From Geosiphon pyriformis uo1 (Eukaryota > Fungi > Glomeromycota): 64,000 nt of DNA. The position numbers and the translations under genes are program-made. Under the pieces are notes generated by a model that had not been told where the DNA came from, made no database searches, and was given only the letters and a program-made list of their open reading frames with translations. The DNA lies in NCBI GenBank assembly GCA_016748015.1, contig JAAOMT010000468.1, positions 790,619 through 854,618 on the forward strand, read 5' to 3'. Below are positions 49,101-62,281 of the stretch, piece after piece (position 1 is the first letter of the stretch; each line of letters begins with the position of its first letter).

Positions 49101-50412
49101 GACAAACCCATGTGATACAACACATTATCACCACAAAAAAAACTTGTCCCATCTATTTGAAGTCTTATTAATTCAATCAATGCAATAATAAGTTTATTAA
49201 GAAAGAGATAAACTGGATGAAAAATCTTGGATTTATACAAGAAACCAAGAGTAAATAGGCTTTTCCAGTTGTAGTGGTATTCAAAAAAAGTGGAACTTTA
49301 TGCTTTTGTGTCAACTATCATCAATAAATACTATTACTATAAAAGACATGTACCTACTTTCCAAAATTGATGCAATATTAGATAAATTCAATAGTGCTGC
49401 TTTCTTTTTAACCATTAACTTAACTGCTGAATTCTGGCAAGTAGAAATGGATTCAGAAAACAGAAAGAAAACTGCTTTCATTACCAAGTATAGCACCTAT
49501 GAATTCACAGTTATGCCTTTTGATCTCACTAATGCTTCTTCTATCTTTTAATGCCTAATGGACAAAGTATTTGAATTAGTAAAAGAAAACTTTGTTCTAG
49601 TCTACTTAGATGACATAATAGTTTACTCAAAAACCTGGAATAAACATCTTGAACACTTACAAAAGATTTTTGACTTGCTCAGAAATACTGGCCTTAAAAT
49701 CAACCCAATCAAATCTTTCTTTGGACACCAATCCACCCAGTTTCTTGGTTATCTTATTACAAAAAATGGAATTTTCCCTGACCCAGTTAAAGTTGAAAAA
49801 GTTCAGAACATTAGACAACCAATGAATGTTTCTGAACTACACTCTTTCCTTGGTTTGGTCTCTTATTATTGCAAATTTATCAAGAATTTCTCCAAAATCA
49901 TCTTTTCTCTCAATCAGCTACTCAGAAAAAATGTCAATTATTACTGAGGCACTCATTAACAAAAAGCTTTTGAAATTCTGAAGAAAAAACTTGTTACTGA
50001 ACCAATTCTCAAACAACCTAATCTGGACCAATCTTTTATCTTCCACACTAATACATCTGGTTATAGATTTGGTGCTGTTCTTTCATAAAAAGATAAAAAT
50101 GGCAGAGAACATGTTATAACATATGTCAGTAGATCTCTTACACCAGTAAAAAAGAACTATTTAGTTACTAAACAAAAATGTTTAGCAGTAGTTTGGGCTA
50201 CTAGTTACTGGGATCAATATCTTCTTGATGCAAAATTCTTAGTGGTAACAGATCATCAAGCCTTAGTTTGGCTGCACAATAAAAAAAAGCTGGAACACAA
50301 ACAAATAACTTGCTAGATACTCCACTTGAATGAATTTGACTATAATATTCAATACCACAAAGAAGCAAATCATTAAAATGTTGATATTCTTTCTAGACTT
50401 ATTATCCAGTAA
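46180..50412 (+). pseudogene. gag-pol: Gag-protease-Cys-rich-RT-RNase H of Gypsy B (stops, frameshifts)
   Basis: Knuckle CYHCGLTRHFSKDC, mutated protease LILNSRLSVS, RT YLDD at ~49603, RNase H ending NVDILSRLIIQ* at 50412. Confidence 0.92.
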
Positions 50413-50470
50413 CAGTACAACCTCTTAAATCAAACCAACTTAATTATTAGTAACTTCTTTACAAACAAAT

Positions 50471-51766
50471 ATGATAATAGACTTGGACAACTACTCTGTC
50501 TTAATAAAATTTTTGGGTAAAAGATAATACCCACCAGAATACACTCGACAGCAAAAAGAACATTTGCACAAACAATCAAATTTCTATTTGATTCATCAGA
50601 ACCAATTATATAAAAGAAACAAAAAAGATCCTGACTACACTCAAAGAGTCATCAAATTTGAAGAAAGAAAAATTGTAATATACAACATGCACACTAACCC
50701 ATTAGCTAAATACTTTGGAAAAACAAAAACAATTCAGAAAACCTTAGCTCACTATTATTGATCTACCTTGAGAAAAGACATTGCTGAATACATCAAAATC
50801 TGTAACATCTGCCAAAAAAGAGGCAAACCCAATCACAAAGAAGATATCCATTCAATCTCTGTTGGTCAACCATTTAACAAAATTGGTATGGATGTTGTTG
50901 AATCTTTAACAATAACTTCTGATAACAACAGATACATTATCACAGCTACTAATTATCTTACAAAGTAGGTAGAAGCAAAAGCCACTTCTGACCAAACAAC
51001 AGTCTCAATAGCCAATTTTATTTATAAAGATATCATTTGTCATCATGACTGCCCCAAAAAACTTTTATCTAATAGAGGAAAAGCTTTTTTCAGTATACTG
51101 GTTAAAAAACTTTGTAGAAAAATGGAAATACATCATAAACTTTTCTTTTCTTATCACTCCCAAACAAATGGCTTAGTAAAGCATTTCAATAAAACACTAT
51201 GTGAAACTCTAGCCAAAACCAGTGAAGAAACAAACTTATAGGACAAAGTACTGTTTTCAGTTTTGTTTGCTTATAGAATTGTGAATCATAACATAACAAA
51301 TTATGAACCTTTTTATCTGCTCTATAGATGCATAGCAACACTATCAATAGAAACTGACATTAAAACAATATCCTTTAAAAAGATCACAATAGGAAATTAC
51401 AAAGACATTTTACAAAGAAGACTTAGTATCATTCTTGATTCCTCAGTAGAAACACAAATAATTGCTTTTGAAAAGATAAAACAGTTTTAAGAAAAGCTTA
51501 AAAAAAAGAAAACCTATAAAACACTTTCTTTAAATATTGGTGACTTGGTACTAAAATACCATTCAGACAGAGACAATGTCTATGGTGATAAATTCTTTAG
51601 CTGATGGAAAGAACTCTTTATAGTCAACAAAGTTTTGAACAATAGTTCTTATATTTTTCAAGATTAATCTGAAACAATCTTCAATAATTGTCTTGTTTAT
51701 AGTATATGACTTAAGAAATATCATAAACGACCTGATTGGTTGCCTGTTGTGATAATACTGATTTAA
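50471..51766 (+). pseudogene. Integrase of Gypsy B (separate frame, own ATG)
   Basis: MHTNPLA..CNIC zinc domain, IGMDVV, YHSQTNGLV core; ends LPVVIILI*. Confidence 0.9.
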
Positions 51767-51831
51767 ATGATCAACAAAAATCAAGTATAAATAAATGCAC
51801 TATTCCCAAAACAGAGGTATTTTCAATCAAC

Positions 51832-52457
51832 ATGAACAATTATTTTCTGGATCAAAACATTCAAAATGTTTTTTATACTCTCTATAAGTATTAGATCAAA
51901 AACTACTTAAATACTACTTTGATCATTGAAAAACAAACCACTATAACAGATAACAGTGGAACACATACTGTTATTAAACCAAAGAAAACTACTACCAGAA
52001 AAGAAAAAATTGGTAGCAAAATAGATAAATATCTGTTGGAAAGTATAACAGCAGCTATACTTCCACCTTTCAGCACAATTGGAAAAACACTCCAAGAAAT
52101 TTTATTTATAGACAAAAACTTGTTATATGGAAGGCAATTAGAACTCTATGGTCACCTTAGAAAAATTATAGAGGATATGAAACTCATGAAGAAAACAACT
52201 TCAGAAATACAGACAGAAATTTTGAGCATTATATGATTAGATGTTCCAAGAGTTTTAACTATTGTTAAAAGAGCCAAAACTCTAATACAAAGATTTGATT
52301 TCTTGGATACAAAACTCATTTCATCTTAAGTATTATATACTTTATCCATAAAAGACTTCAACAAACTAGTTAGCTTTAAGTTAAATAAAACTTTTTAAAT
52401 AAATTACACAATGAATAGCTTGATTTTGCTGGAGCTCAATCTCTTTGGAGAGAATGA
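51832..52457 (+). pseudogene. Gypsy B ORF3 (~205 codons, unknown function)
   Basis: ATG at 51832 in frame with ORF 51919-52236; continues with stops to the PPT. Confidence 0.65.
52447..52457 (+). promoter_or_regulatory. polypurine tract of Gypsy B
   Basis: GGAGAGAATGA directly before the 3' LTR. Confidence 0.75.
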
Positions 52458-53102
52458 TGTTATAGTTGAAACTTATACTTCTTATTAATTATCATATGTA
52501 TTAACCACTGATGTCATATAAATTAGCCACTCTATTTTTAGAAAGTGATCATTGACCTGATCAATGACCTGACCATTGACCTGATCATTGACCTGATCAT
52601 TGACTACTTTTGATAACTATATAAGTGATGAATTTCTTAATTGTAGAAATCAAAGAAATCAAATAAATAAAATAACAACTTTTATCTCAATCTTTCTCTT
52701 ATTGCTAATTTCCCTTTCCCTACTTTCAAATATCTGAACATTTTGAAATAAAAAATTACTTGTTGGTTATTTTTTACTCTTTTTTTGAAACGTGTAATTA
52801 CAACATTTGAAGATTATTGAATAAAATATGACTAAAAAGTACATCTAATATCTGATATTAAATTCTAAAAATGCCAATGTAAGACATAGAATTATACCAA
52901 TGTGTAATCATTTGTTAACAATATAAACTATCTCTCTACTTTCAGATTTCTCAGTTATCTTTGAAAAGTATAGCAACTGAGATATTTTATGAGACTGATC
53001 TTACACATTGAATCCATACTTATTCAATTCACTCTTTGAAATTAAATTTCTTTTGATTCTTTTTATCACTCTACAATTCTGTTGTTATTCCAACCCATAA
53101 CA
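52458..53102 (+). repeat. 3' LTR of Gypsy B (645 bp)
   Basis: Direct repeat of 45498-46127 with an extra 12-bp tandem array. Confidence 0.93.
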
Positions 53103-54802
53103 ATATAATAAATTAATTTATGTCTAATTGTATTGATTATAATTACAATTAGTATTAATAATTATAATTATAGTTCTAAATCTAACTATTTAAAATTCAA
53201 TTATTTAAATTCTTAGCTTTTAATAAAATAATATGTCAAGTAAGCTCACAATTAAATTAATTAATTTAATGTATATAAATAATTAATGTATTTAAAATAG
53301 TCTTAAAATAGTATATAAATCTTATATAATTTAACTATATATATAGCTTTTTATAAACTAAAAAAAGTATTAGTTTTATATTAAGCCAATTTTTCCTTAT
53401 AGCTTTATAATAAGCAATATTATTAGAGATTTTTGGTTTTTTTTTTAATGTTGGTAATATTATTTTAATGTGAATTTACTATTATTGAAAGCTGTTAAAT
53501 TTTTAATAAATGAATTTATCTTCAAATTATATTTTATAATTTGAGTTATTAGACTTATAAGTAAAATAGCCAATTTTATGTTAATTACTTATATAGTTAT
53601 TTTGCAATAAAAGTCAACTTTTTTTCAGAAATTGCTTAATATTAAAAGCAATTATTTTATAAGTGTACTTAAAATAAAATTAAATAATATAAAAGTTAAA
53701 ATAAAATTAATAATATAAAAGAATATAATATAAAAATACTAATACAAAAAAAATTATTAATTAATTTATATAAATAAATTTTTTTTTTAAGCTTACTGTA
53801 AGAAATTTAAAAAAATTTGTGAAAATAATTTGAAAAAAAAGAAGTAAATATTAACATACTTAAAAATTTTATTGGTAAATATTTTTTATATAGTTTTTTT
53901 TAATATATATAAAAATAATAAAAATTAAACAAAAATTAATATTTTAAAATAGTTATTTACAACTAATTTTTGTTTTTTTATACATTATTAAAACCATAGT
54001 TTTATAGATTTTTTATCATAAATTTTTGATATTTATGTATATATAATATAGATAAACATTTTATATTTTTACTTATTGTTAAAGAGACCAAAAAAAATTT
54101 GGTTTTAACATTATTTTAATTTAAAAAAATATTAAAAAATCTATTAAAAATATATTTTTTAATAATTTATAATACTTTAATAATAATTTTTTGATTTTTA
54201 TTGTTTATTAATATTTATATTTATCTTAAATATATAATATAAAAAAACACTTTTTTAATCAGAATATTAATTATATTTGTTTAATAATTAATTTATATAT
54301 ACTATTTTAAATTTTTTAACAAATAAATTATTTTATAATAACCAAATTTCTAAATTATTTAATATTAAAATATTATTAATAAACTAAAATATAATAAAAA
54401 AATTAGTATTAAAAAAAATATTATTATTTAAAAATAATTTATACAGAATAATATAATAAATTTTTGAATGTTTAATTTAAAATTTGTAAATTTAAAAACT
54501 AATATTAGAATAATTTGCCAAAAATATTATTAGTATTAATAAAAGTTATTACTGAAATTACTTAAAAAATTTTAAGTTATATAAAAATAAATAATATAAA
54601 ATTTTAATTAAAAAGTTTTTTAACAAATTAGTTTTAGATTTTAAATTTTATAATTTATAACTAATAATAAACTATAAACATAAAAAAACTTCTTTCTCTC
54701 TTACATCCACAAATCTTCAAAAAGTGCTTTTTTGAAAAAGAAGTTTTTTTTGTTTTTTCTTGTTAGTATTTCACAATTTCTCTTTCTAATAATCCTTTTT
54801 TC

Positions 54803-56704
54803 ATGGACTTGGAGACTGCTTCTAGTGATATCATGTCTAAAAAAAAGACGCTAAAGGATGCTTTTTATGGCCTTGCAGATGGCTTTTTTTCACAAAAAAA
54901 AAAAGTTGTGCTTGGAAATATTAAACACTCTGATAACGAAAAGAATATTTCTCTAAAAAAATCTGAGCTTGGTAATAATGTGTTTTCTGATGTGAATAGT
55001 CTGTCTGGTAATAATAAAAGTGCTAATATAACTGGCATCAATATTGGGTCTCTTTTGGGTTTGGCTTTCAACACTTTTAAGACAAAGTGGTTCAATACTG
55101 GTGCTAACTTTGGTTCTCCTCTCAGTTCTTCCAACTTTGATATAGATGATAATGAAATCACTCTCTCCTTTCATGTTAATTTCTCTTTGGAAAAGAAGTG
55201 GATTGACCCCAAAATTACCAAAGTACCTGTGAAAATACCTGTCAGAAAATCATTTGCATTAGACATTAATCTCTCAGCTGTAAAAAAAAATTTGGTAACA
55301 GCAAAAACTCAACTCATTAGAAAGATGTTTTTAACAATCAATAGTTTTGGGGGGGCCACTACCCCCTCAAAATTTGAGGAAATCATTAGATCTACATTCA
55401 CTTTTGAAAAGAACATGATTAAAGTCACATCATTGACCAGAAAAAAAAGAATTGATGTAAACAATAATCTCAAGAGACAAGGAATGAGGTCAGATCAGAC
55501 TGTGATAATCAAGGAAATTCCCATGAATACATCTAAAGATATGATCATTGCCACAGTATCCAAATTTGGAGAAATTAAGTCGATCAAAATTCAACTAATT
55601 GGTATGTGGCAGAAGGCTGTAGTAGAGTTTGCTGAGTTAGGTCAAACTGATCTGTTGGCATCAAAATAGTTATTTCTAATTGGAAAAAATTCTGTGCATG
55701 TAGCTAAAGCTGTGAGAGATTGTGATACATGGGCATCAAAGGATTGATTCAGAGCTTTACTTTTTATTTTGCTGGTGGAGATGACTGCTTATGATTTGGG
55801 CACTCTTTTGGAAAGAACTAGTGGAAAGACATATGTAATTAATTACTCTGTTAAAACTGGTAATAAGATTTGTTGTGCTGTGATTGGTTTTGAATTTAAA
55901 GTGGATTTGGAGTCTGCTTATTGTATTGAGCCATTGTTTGGTGATGTTAAACTTTCTTGGACAAAAATGAATCTGGTTCAGTGTGAACATTGTGAAAAAT
56001 TTGGTCATTTTGTTTTGAAGTGTGATGTCACAATTACATCTACTCCAAAGCCATTCAAACCATTTAAAAAGAGTACTTTAGAGAAAAATTGCCTTCGTCT
56101 GGCTAAATTGTATGCCAAGAAGAATGTCCCTATCTCTTGTCCAGCTGCTTTTGGTGGCAGGTCTTGGGCTCAAGTAGTTCTGGCTACATCTATCTTTTAT
56201 GATTACTCTACTGGGGCAGGTTCTGGTTTCTTTTCTATTTTTGGTCTGGATTCTGATGGCAAACACCCCTCTTTTATTTCAATAAATTCTTCTTTGGATG
56301 CACATTTGTTAATACTAAAATGCTTTCTTAAGCTTTTGTCTAATCAGATGTTAGACATTGTAAAATGGTTAAATAATGTTGTACTGGTATTTTTGGCACT
56401 CATCTCTTAACAAAGCCCCTTAGTTTCTGTCTCTCAGTCTTTTATTCCAGTTTTGTCTGCAGTTGTGAATTCTAGTGCAGATTTGGATATGGTTTTAGAT
56501 GTTCTTAATACTTGTTCTGCACCCTCTTTTCCTGTTGTTGATGATGCCTTAGTTCTTAGCTCAAATAGCATGAGAGTGTTAACTTCTAAGGTTGGCAGTC
56601 TTGAGTCAAAATTGGTGGCTCTTGAAGCTTCTGTTGGTTCTGTTTTGGGAAAGTTAGATCTGTTGTGTGCTGGCTCAGGTTTCCTAAAATCTTTTTTATC
56701 TTAA
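54803..56704 (+). pseudogene. LINE ORF1 (RRM-like domains, CCHC knuckle, coiled coil)
   Basis: ORFs at 54803, 55769 and 56453 in one frame; VIIKEIPMN..SKFGEIKSI (RRM-like); CEHCEKFGHFVLKC. Confidence 0.9.
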
Positions 56705-59700
56705 TGAGTAATCTAGTTTGGAAGGTTGCTACATGTAACATTTGAGGTATCAATGTCTCTGCTAAACAGAAAGATGTCATGTGTTGGCATAAAAAATCTG
56801 AAAATATGGTTTCATTTATTACAGAAACAAAGTCAAGACCTAGCATTAGACCATGGATCATAAACAAGTTTGAAGGAGTTCGGATTTTCTCATCTGGTTT
56901 GGATAAAGGTTTTCTTGGGACTGGGGTGGCAGTTATTATAAACAATTTTTTAGCTTACTATGTTTCTAAAGTGGAAGAAGTTCCTGATCATCTTATTTCA
57001 GTTTGGTTTCTCTTTAAAAGCAAACTTTCAGTTACATTTTTGGGTTTATATGCTGGTGCATCTGCTAAAATTAGATTTGGGCTGGCCTTGGAAATCAACT
57101 CTCTCATAGCCAAGGCAGTTAATTCTAGCAGTTTTGTTGTTTGGGTGAAGACTTTAATAAAAACAGGTCTAAGAAAAGTGCCAATTACAAGTTTTGTTTG
57201 GACATAAGATTGGTTAACTCGTTTTATAGACATTCTTTAGTCAAGTCTCCTACTTGGACAATTTTAGGGGCACTTTAAAAGTTATTAACTTCATTTTTGT
57301 GAGTAGTAATCTGGCATCTGCAGTGGTATCACATATTGTTGATAATGTGTCAGAATTTTTTGATATAGATCATAAATTAATTTCAGTTTCAGTTGGTTTG
57401 GGTGGACTCCTAGATACTTATTTTAACAATGCTTGCAAACAAGCCAATAGAAACTGGTGGAAATTTAAGTTGGAAAATACCAATAAAGCACAATGGGTGC
57501 ACTTTAAAGAGCTCTTTCTGGCTGGATTGCTGACATATTCAAATGAGTTTCATGAAGTGAAAAACAATAGTAATCTGAATGCAATGTGGAAGGCATTGAG
57601 AAAAATCTTAGTGCATGCTACTGATATGGTATTTTTCAGACATTGGTTTAATGAATATAATTGCTCAAAAAACAGATAATCTTTGAAATTCTTCAAACTA
57701 GAGCTGTTTATCTTGAGGATTGTAAAAGCTTTTGGTTCTGGAGATCTTTTGAAATCTGATTGGCTTGTCAAGATTTGGTCAGCTGTTGATAATGATGAGG
57801 CATTTAAGTTTACCAGGTTGGTTCTAAATGGTGCTGGTTTGTTGGAGTTGTTAAGACATTTGTCAATTGTAAAGAAAAGATACTGGAAGTCTAAATATTA
57901 TGAGTCAAGAGCATTTAAGGATGCTACTATTAAAAAGGCTATTGACCATCATATGGAGAATTTCTGTTCTAATAAAGAGAAGATAATAAAAAGTGTTTTG
58001 GAGCATTCATTTTAAAAGGTTGTATTGGATCACTTGGTGGTAGATGATGAGTTAGTAATTGAGCCTAATAAAGTTAAGCTTAAAGTTAATGAGATTATGG
58101 AAGAGTGGACAAGAAAGCAGTCAATGCTCTTACAGATGTCTGATCTTTGGTCTTGTCAGTATATGCCTTTGAATTATGTTGATGATAATGCTTTTTCTGG
58201 TGTGATAAAAGAAATTGATATGAAAGAATTGTCCTTAGTTGTTGGTAATCTGCCAAATAAAAAGGCTGCCGGGTTATTAGGAATACCTAATGAGCTCTAG
58301 AAATATTATGATATAGAGGTTCTGGCTTTTTTCTTGAAGCTGTTAAATTTGTATTTGATATTGGATGTGATCTCTATATTCTGGAGGAAAGTGTGGGTAT
58401 CAATGATTCCCAAGCTTTATGAATGGAATAGTATGTTGACAAATACTAAACCTATTGCTTTAATTGAAACAGCATGGAAAATCTTGTCTAAGATCTTATC
58501 TGATCAAATTTCATCAACTTATAATAAATTTAATGTTCTTTATAGTAACAACTTTTCAGTATTAAAAGATACTTTAACTTAATCTCCTATTTTTGCTGTT
58601 GAGTCAGTGGTAAAAAATGCTTTGGAGAAGAATAGAGAACTTTGGCTGGTTTTATAAGACATGCACAAGGCTTATAACTTAGTGGGCTGACATCATTTAC
58701 AGGCCAGTTTGTACTGTATTAAAATGTGCAGTCAGTTTATCAGCTTTTTTGGTGGCCTTTATGAAGATAGAATTAACAAGGTAATGACAGATTTTGGTCT
58801 TTCAATTAGTTATAGGGTGCATAATGGTTTGGATCAAGAAAAAGTTTTTTCTTCACTTTTTTGGAAGATTTTTTATAATCCACTTTTGTGTGAGGTCAAA
58901 AGGCATAAGCATTTGTGCAGCTATCATATTGATACCCAGTTTGTAGTTAGGACAGGCAGAGTTGAGACTGTTGGAGGGAAAACTTCTTTTTTGGCTGTGA
59001 GTGCATTTGTTGATGACACAATTTAGGTTGGGAGTAGCCAAGCTTTGACACAATACATTTTGAATATTGCTAATGAGTTCTTTATTATCAATGATATTTC
59101 AATTAATAATAACAAAATGGTGGCTATTCCCATCAATCAAGATGTCAAGGATGCCTCACTTTTGATTAATGGTTTGCCAATCTCAATTGTTAAGAAGGGT
59201 GAATCTTATAGGTACTTGGGCATATTTCTGTCTATAGAGGATCTTTCTAAGCCCAGTTTGGTTCAGGCTCATAAGGATGTTAAGTTTTTTTCTAATGTGG
59301 TGTTGAAAAAAGCTATTATGGATAAACAATTTTCTTATTTGGTTTTAGCTGTTCTACAACTTATTGTTGGTTATCAGATACAGTTTAGTTTTGTTTCATC
59401 AGATATTTGTCATAAATGGGATGTTATGATTCAGAAGGGTCTCAAAGCCAAGACTGCTTTACCATATAACTTTCCCAATGAGGTCTTACATTATCTGTCT
59501 TTATATGGTTTGAAGTCTTTTGAACAGATTCAGTTTGAAGGGAAGCTAGCTTCTCTAGTCTTCTTTTCCAATGCATGCAGTATTCTTGGGCATTTTTTTA
59601 AGCATAGATTCTTGGACCTACAAGTTCTGGGGTGGTCCTCTTTGAATCCTTTGCAGTTCCCTGTCAAGTTGCATGTCAGTCCTGTAAACAATTTTTTGGC

Positions 59701-61392
59701 TGGAATTATAAGAATTTTTTTGGAGAATGAGTTGTCTTTGATAAACAATCTGCCTAGTGCTTTTTGTGGATCTTGTAGATTTCTAATATTCAATATCTTG
59801 AAGAAATTTTTGTATTATGACTCTGTTCTTTCTTTGAAGCATTTTGGATTTGTATTTGGTGACAGACTTTTAGACAAAAAAGGTGTGGTGATGGATTGGA
59901 AAACATTTTGATGGTGGAAGAGGCTAGATTCAAGAGGCTCTATTCTTCACTGGTTCACATTGGTGTTTAAGTTTATGAACAATGTTATTGCTCTGAAAAC
60001 TGGGTCTGCTATCAGTTTTGATCTGCCTGTGTTAGATGTTTTGGATTCCACTGAATTCTTAGATATGCATAGCAGCTTGTTGGATGTTTGGTTTGATCGT
60101 ATTGAAGTCTACACAGATGGGTTTTTGAAGAGTGCTGGTTCTGCTAAGATGACTTGTGGGGCTGTGGCTTACTTTCCAGCAACTAATGTAAGCATTGGGA
60201 TTAGAGTATTTGGTTTACTGTCTTCTACTTTGGCTGAATTACAGACTATTGCTTTGGCTTTGGAGTGCGTTCCAGCTTCATGTAATGTGGCTCTGTATTC
60301 AGACAGTCAATCTGTGATTAATGCCTGTGTGTCTGAGACTTCTTTGACTATGTCTGATTTCTGCAGTTAATATTAGATTGAGTGATTGCATGTTGTCAAT
60401 CTTATCAAAAAAAAGACATTTCAGTTAAATGAGTGAAAGTTAAAAGACATTCAGAGGTTCTGGGCAATATTAAGACTAATAAATTAGTCAATAAGGTTAC
60501 TGTCTCTTCTCTCACTTTGCCGGTTGGGATTTGGGAGCAGTTTCTGGTTGCTAAAGACACTGCTGTGTCCGGTAATACCCATTATTTTGTCTACAATATT
60601 TACTGATCAATTTGCCATGCTCATTGGGAGGCTGGTCTTGATTATAATATGATCTTGAGTGTTATGCTTAAAGAAGTTGACTGAGTTGTGATTATTGATG
60701 TTTGACATCCTAATTCACACATGCTTTTTGGGTTTACTAGTAAAAAATCAGCTAATCTGTGCACATATTTGATAAAAGTAGTGCATAAACAGCTGCCAAT
60801 GGCAGTCAAAAAGAGATTGTATGACAAGAATTATTCTGGGGTTTTGTGCTTGCTGTGCAGTGAAATGGAGTTGCCTGATCATGTTTTTACTTATTCTGGA
60901 GACACTGTTTTCCAAAAAAAGATCTTGGTAGAGACTGCTAATAAGTGGACATCTTTAACTGGTTTTTTTCATTCATCTGGCTTAATTGTCTTACATTCAC
61001 TTTCATCATGTTCTTTGGATGTGGGTTTATATGCTGCAATTTGTAAGAGTTTTGTGTTGAAGAGTTGGTTTATTAAGGCCACTCTGGTTTTTGAGAGTAG
61101 AAAAAGGGCTGCTTTAGCTTTGGTGAGTTTCATCAGATATGTGGTGGAATTACATTGCACTAAAGTATGACTTGTTAGATTTAAGCATAGAATGGATATG
61201 GAAAAGACCAGTTTGGCTGATGATAATGATGTGATATCAAACTTGTCTTATTGTATAGTGTTTTTGTTATTGAATAGAGTGGTTTGTATGCTTGGTATGA
61301 TAGAGTTTTTTACAGTTAGTTTTGGTAAGTGTAGGTTGTGTCATTTTATTTCTGGTCTAGGTGGTGATTTGTATATTAAAATAGATGCATAG
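56704..61392 (+). pseudogene. LINE ORF2 (APE endonuclease, reverse transcriptase, RNase H, C-terminal Cys motif)
   Basis: ATCNI.GI and ITETK (APE), IDH; KPIALIE, DMHKAY, AFVDDT (RT); YTDG, AELQTI, SDSQ (RNase H); CLLC..DHVF; two frameshifts. Confidence 0.93.
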
Positions 61393-62281
61393 TGTTGTTT
61401 TGACTGGCCTGAGTGGCTGGTCACATGTAGAAAGTGCATAAACTGCATTTAGTTTGATCTACTTAGTTTGATTCTCTGTATTAAATAGCAGTTAGGCTTT
61501 ACTTATTAAATCTTAATAAAAAAAAACCATTAAAAAACTATTTATTTAAAATTGTTTATTTTAAAATAACTTAATAAAATTAAACTTAAACAAATTATTT
61601 TTAAACAAAAAAATATTTTTAATTTTTTAATTAATAAAAATAATCACAATTTTATTATTATTAATATATTATTAATTTGAAAAAATTGGTTATAATATTT
61701 AATTATTTTTAATCTAAATAGTATTATTAATAAATATATTAATTATAAACTAATTATAGCTTTAATTTATTAATTTAATAATTAACTTAATATTAATTTT
61801 ATAATTATATAAATTTTTATATTATTTTATTTTATACAAAAAAAAAAAAATTTTTCAAAATAATAATAAGAAAATTTTATTTTAATTTATTATTATTAAG
61901 TATTTTATAGTTTTTTATAAATATTTAAACTTTTTTATAATTTAAAAATATATTTATATAATAAATACAAATTTAATAGCTTTAAAACAAATTTATTGTA
62001 ATATTTTCAAAGTTTATTAACAATATTAAATAAATTAACAGTTTTTTAATTTGAAAAATTTTTAATTATATTGAATAATTTATTAATTATTATTATTATA
62101 TTAAAAAAATATTTAACATAATTTGCTTTTTTATTTAGTGTTTTTTAATATTATTTATTTTAAACTTAATCTTATTAAAATTTAAAATTACATTGTTATT
62201 TATAATAAGATAATTTAAAATTATTTTTAAAATAAATTTTTAAAACATTTTAAATTATATAATTTTTATTAATAACAAAAC

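Larger units (their letters stand above)
45498..53102 (+). mobile_element. Complete Ty3/Gypsy LTR retrotransposon, family B (7,605 bp)
   Basis: LTRs 45498-46127 and 52458-53102 (TGTTA..TAACA); TSD ATAT (45494-45497, 53103-53106); PBS; PPT; Gag-PR-RT-RH-IN order. Confidence 0.96.
54691..61526 (+). mobile_element. Near full-length LINE (ORF1; ORF2 with APE endonuclease, RT, RNase H)
   Basis: Pyrimidine-rich 5' UTR, two ORFs, 3' hairpins, poly(A) 61518-61526; possible degenerate TSD (54676-54690 vs 61525-61539, 13/15 but low complexity). Confidence 0.95.
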
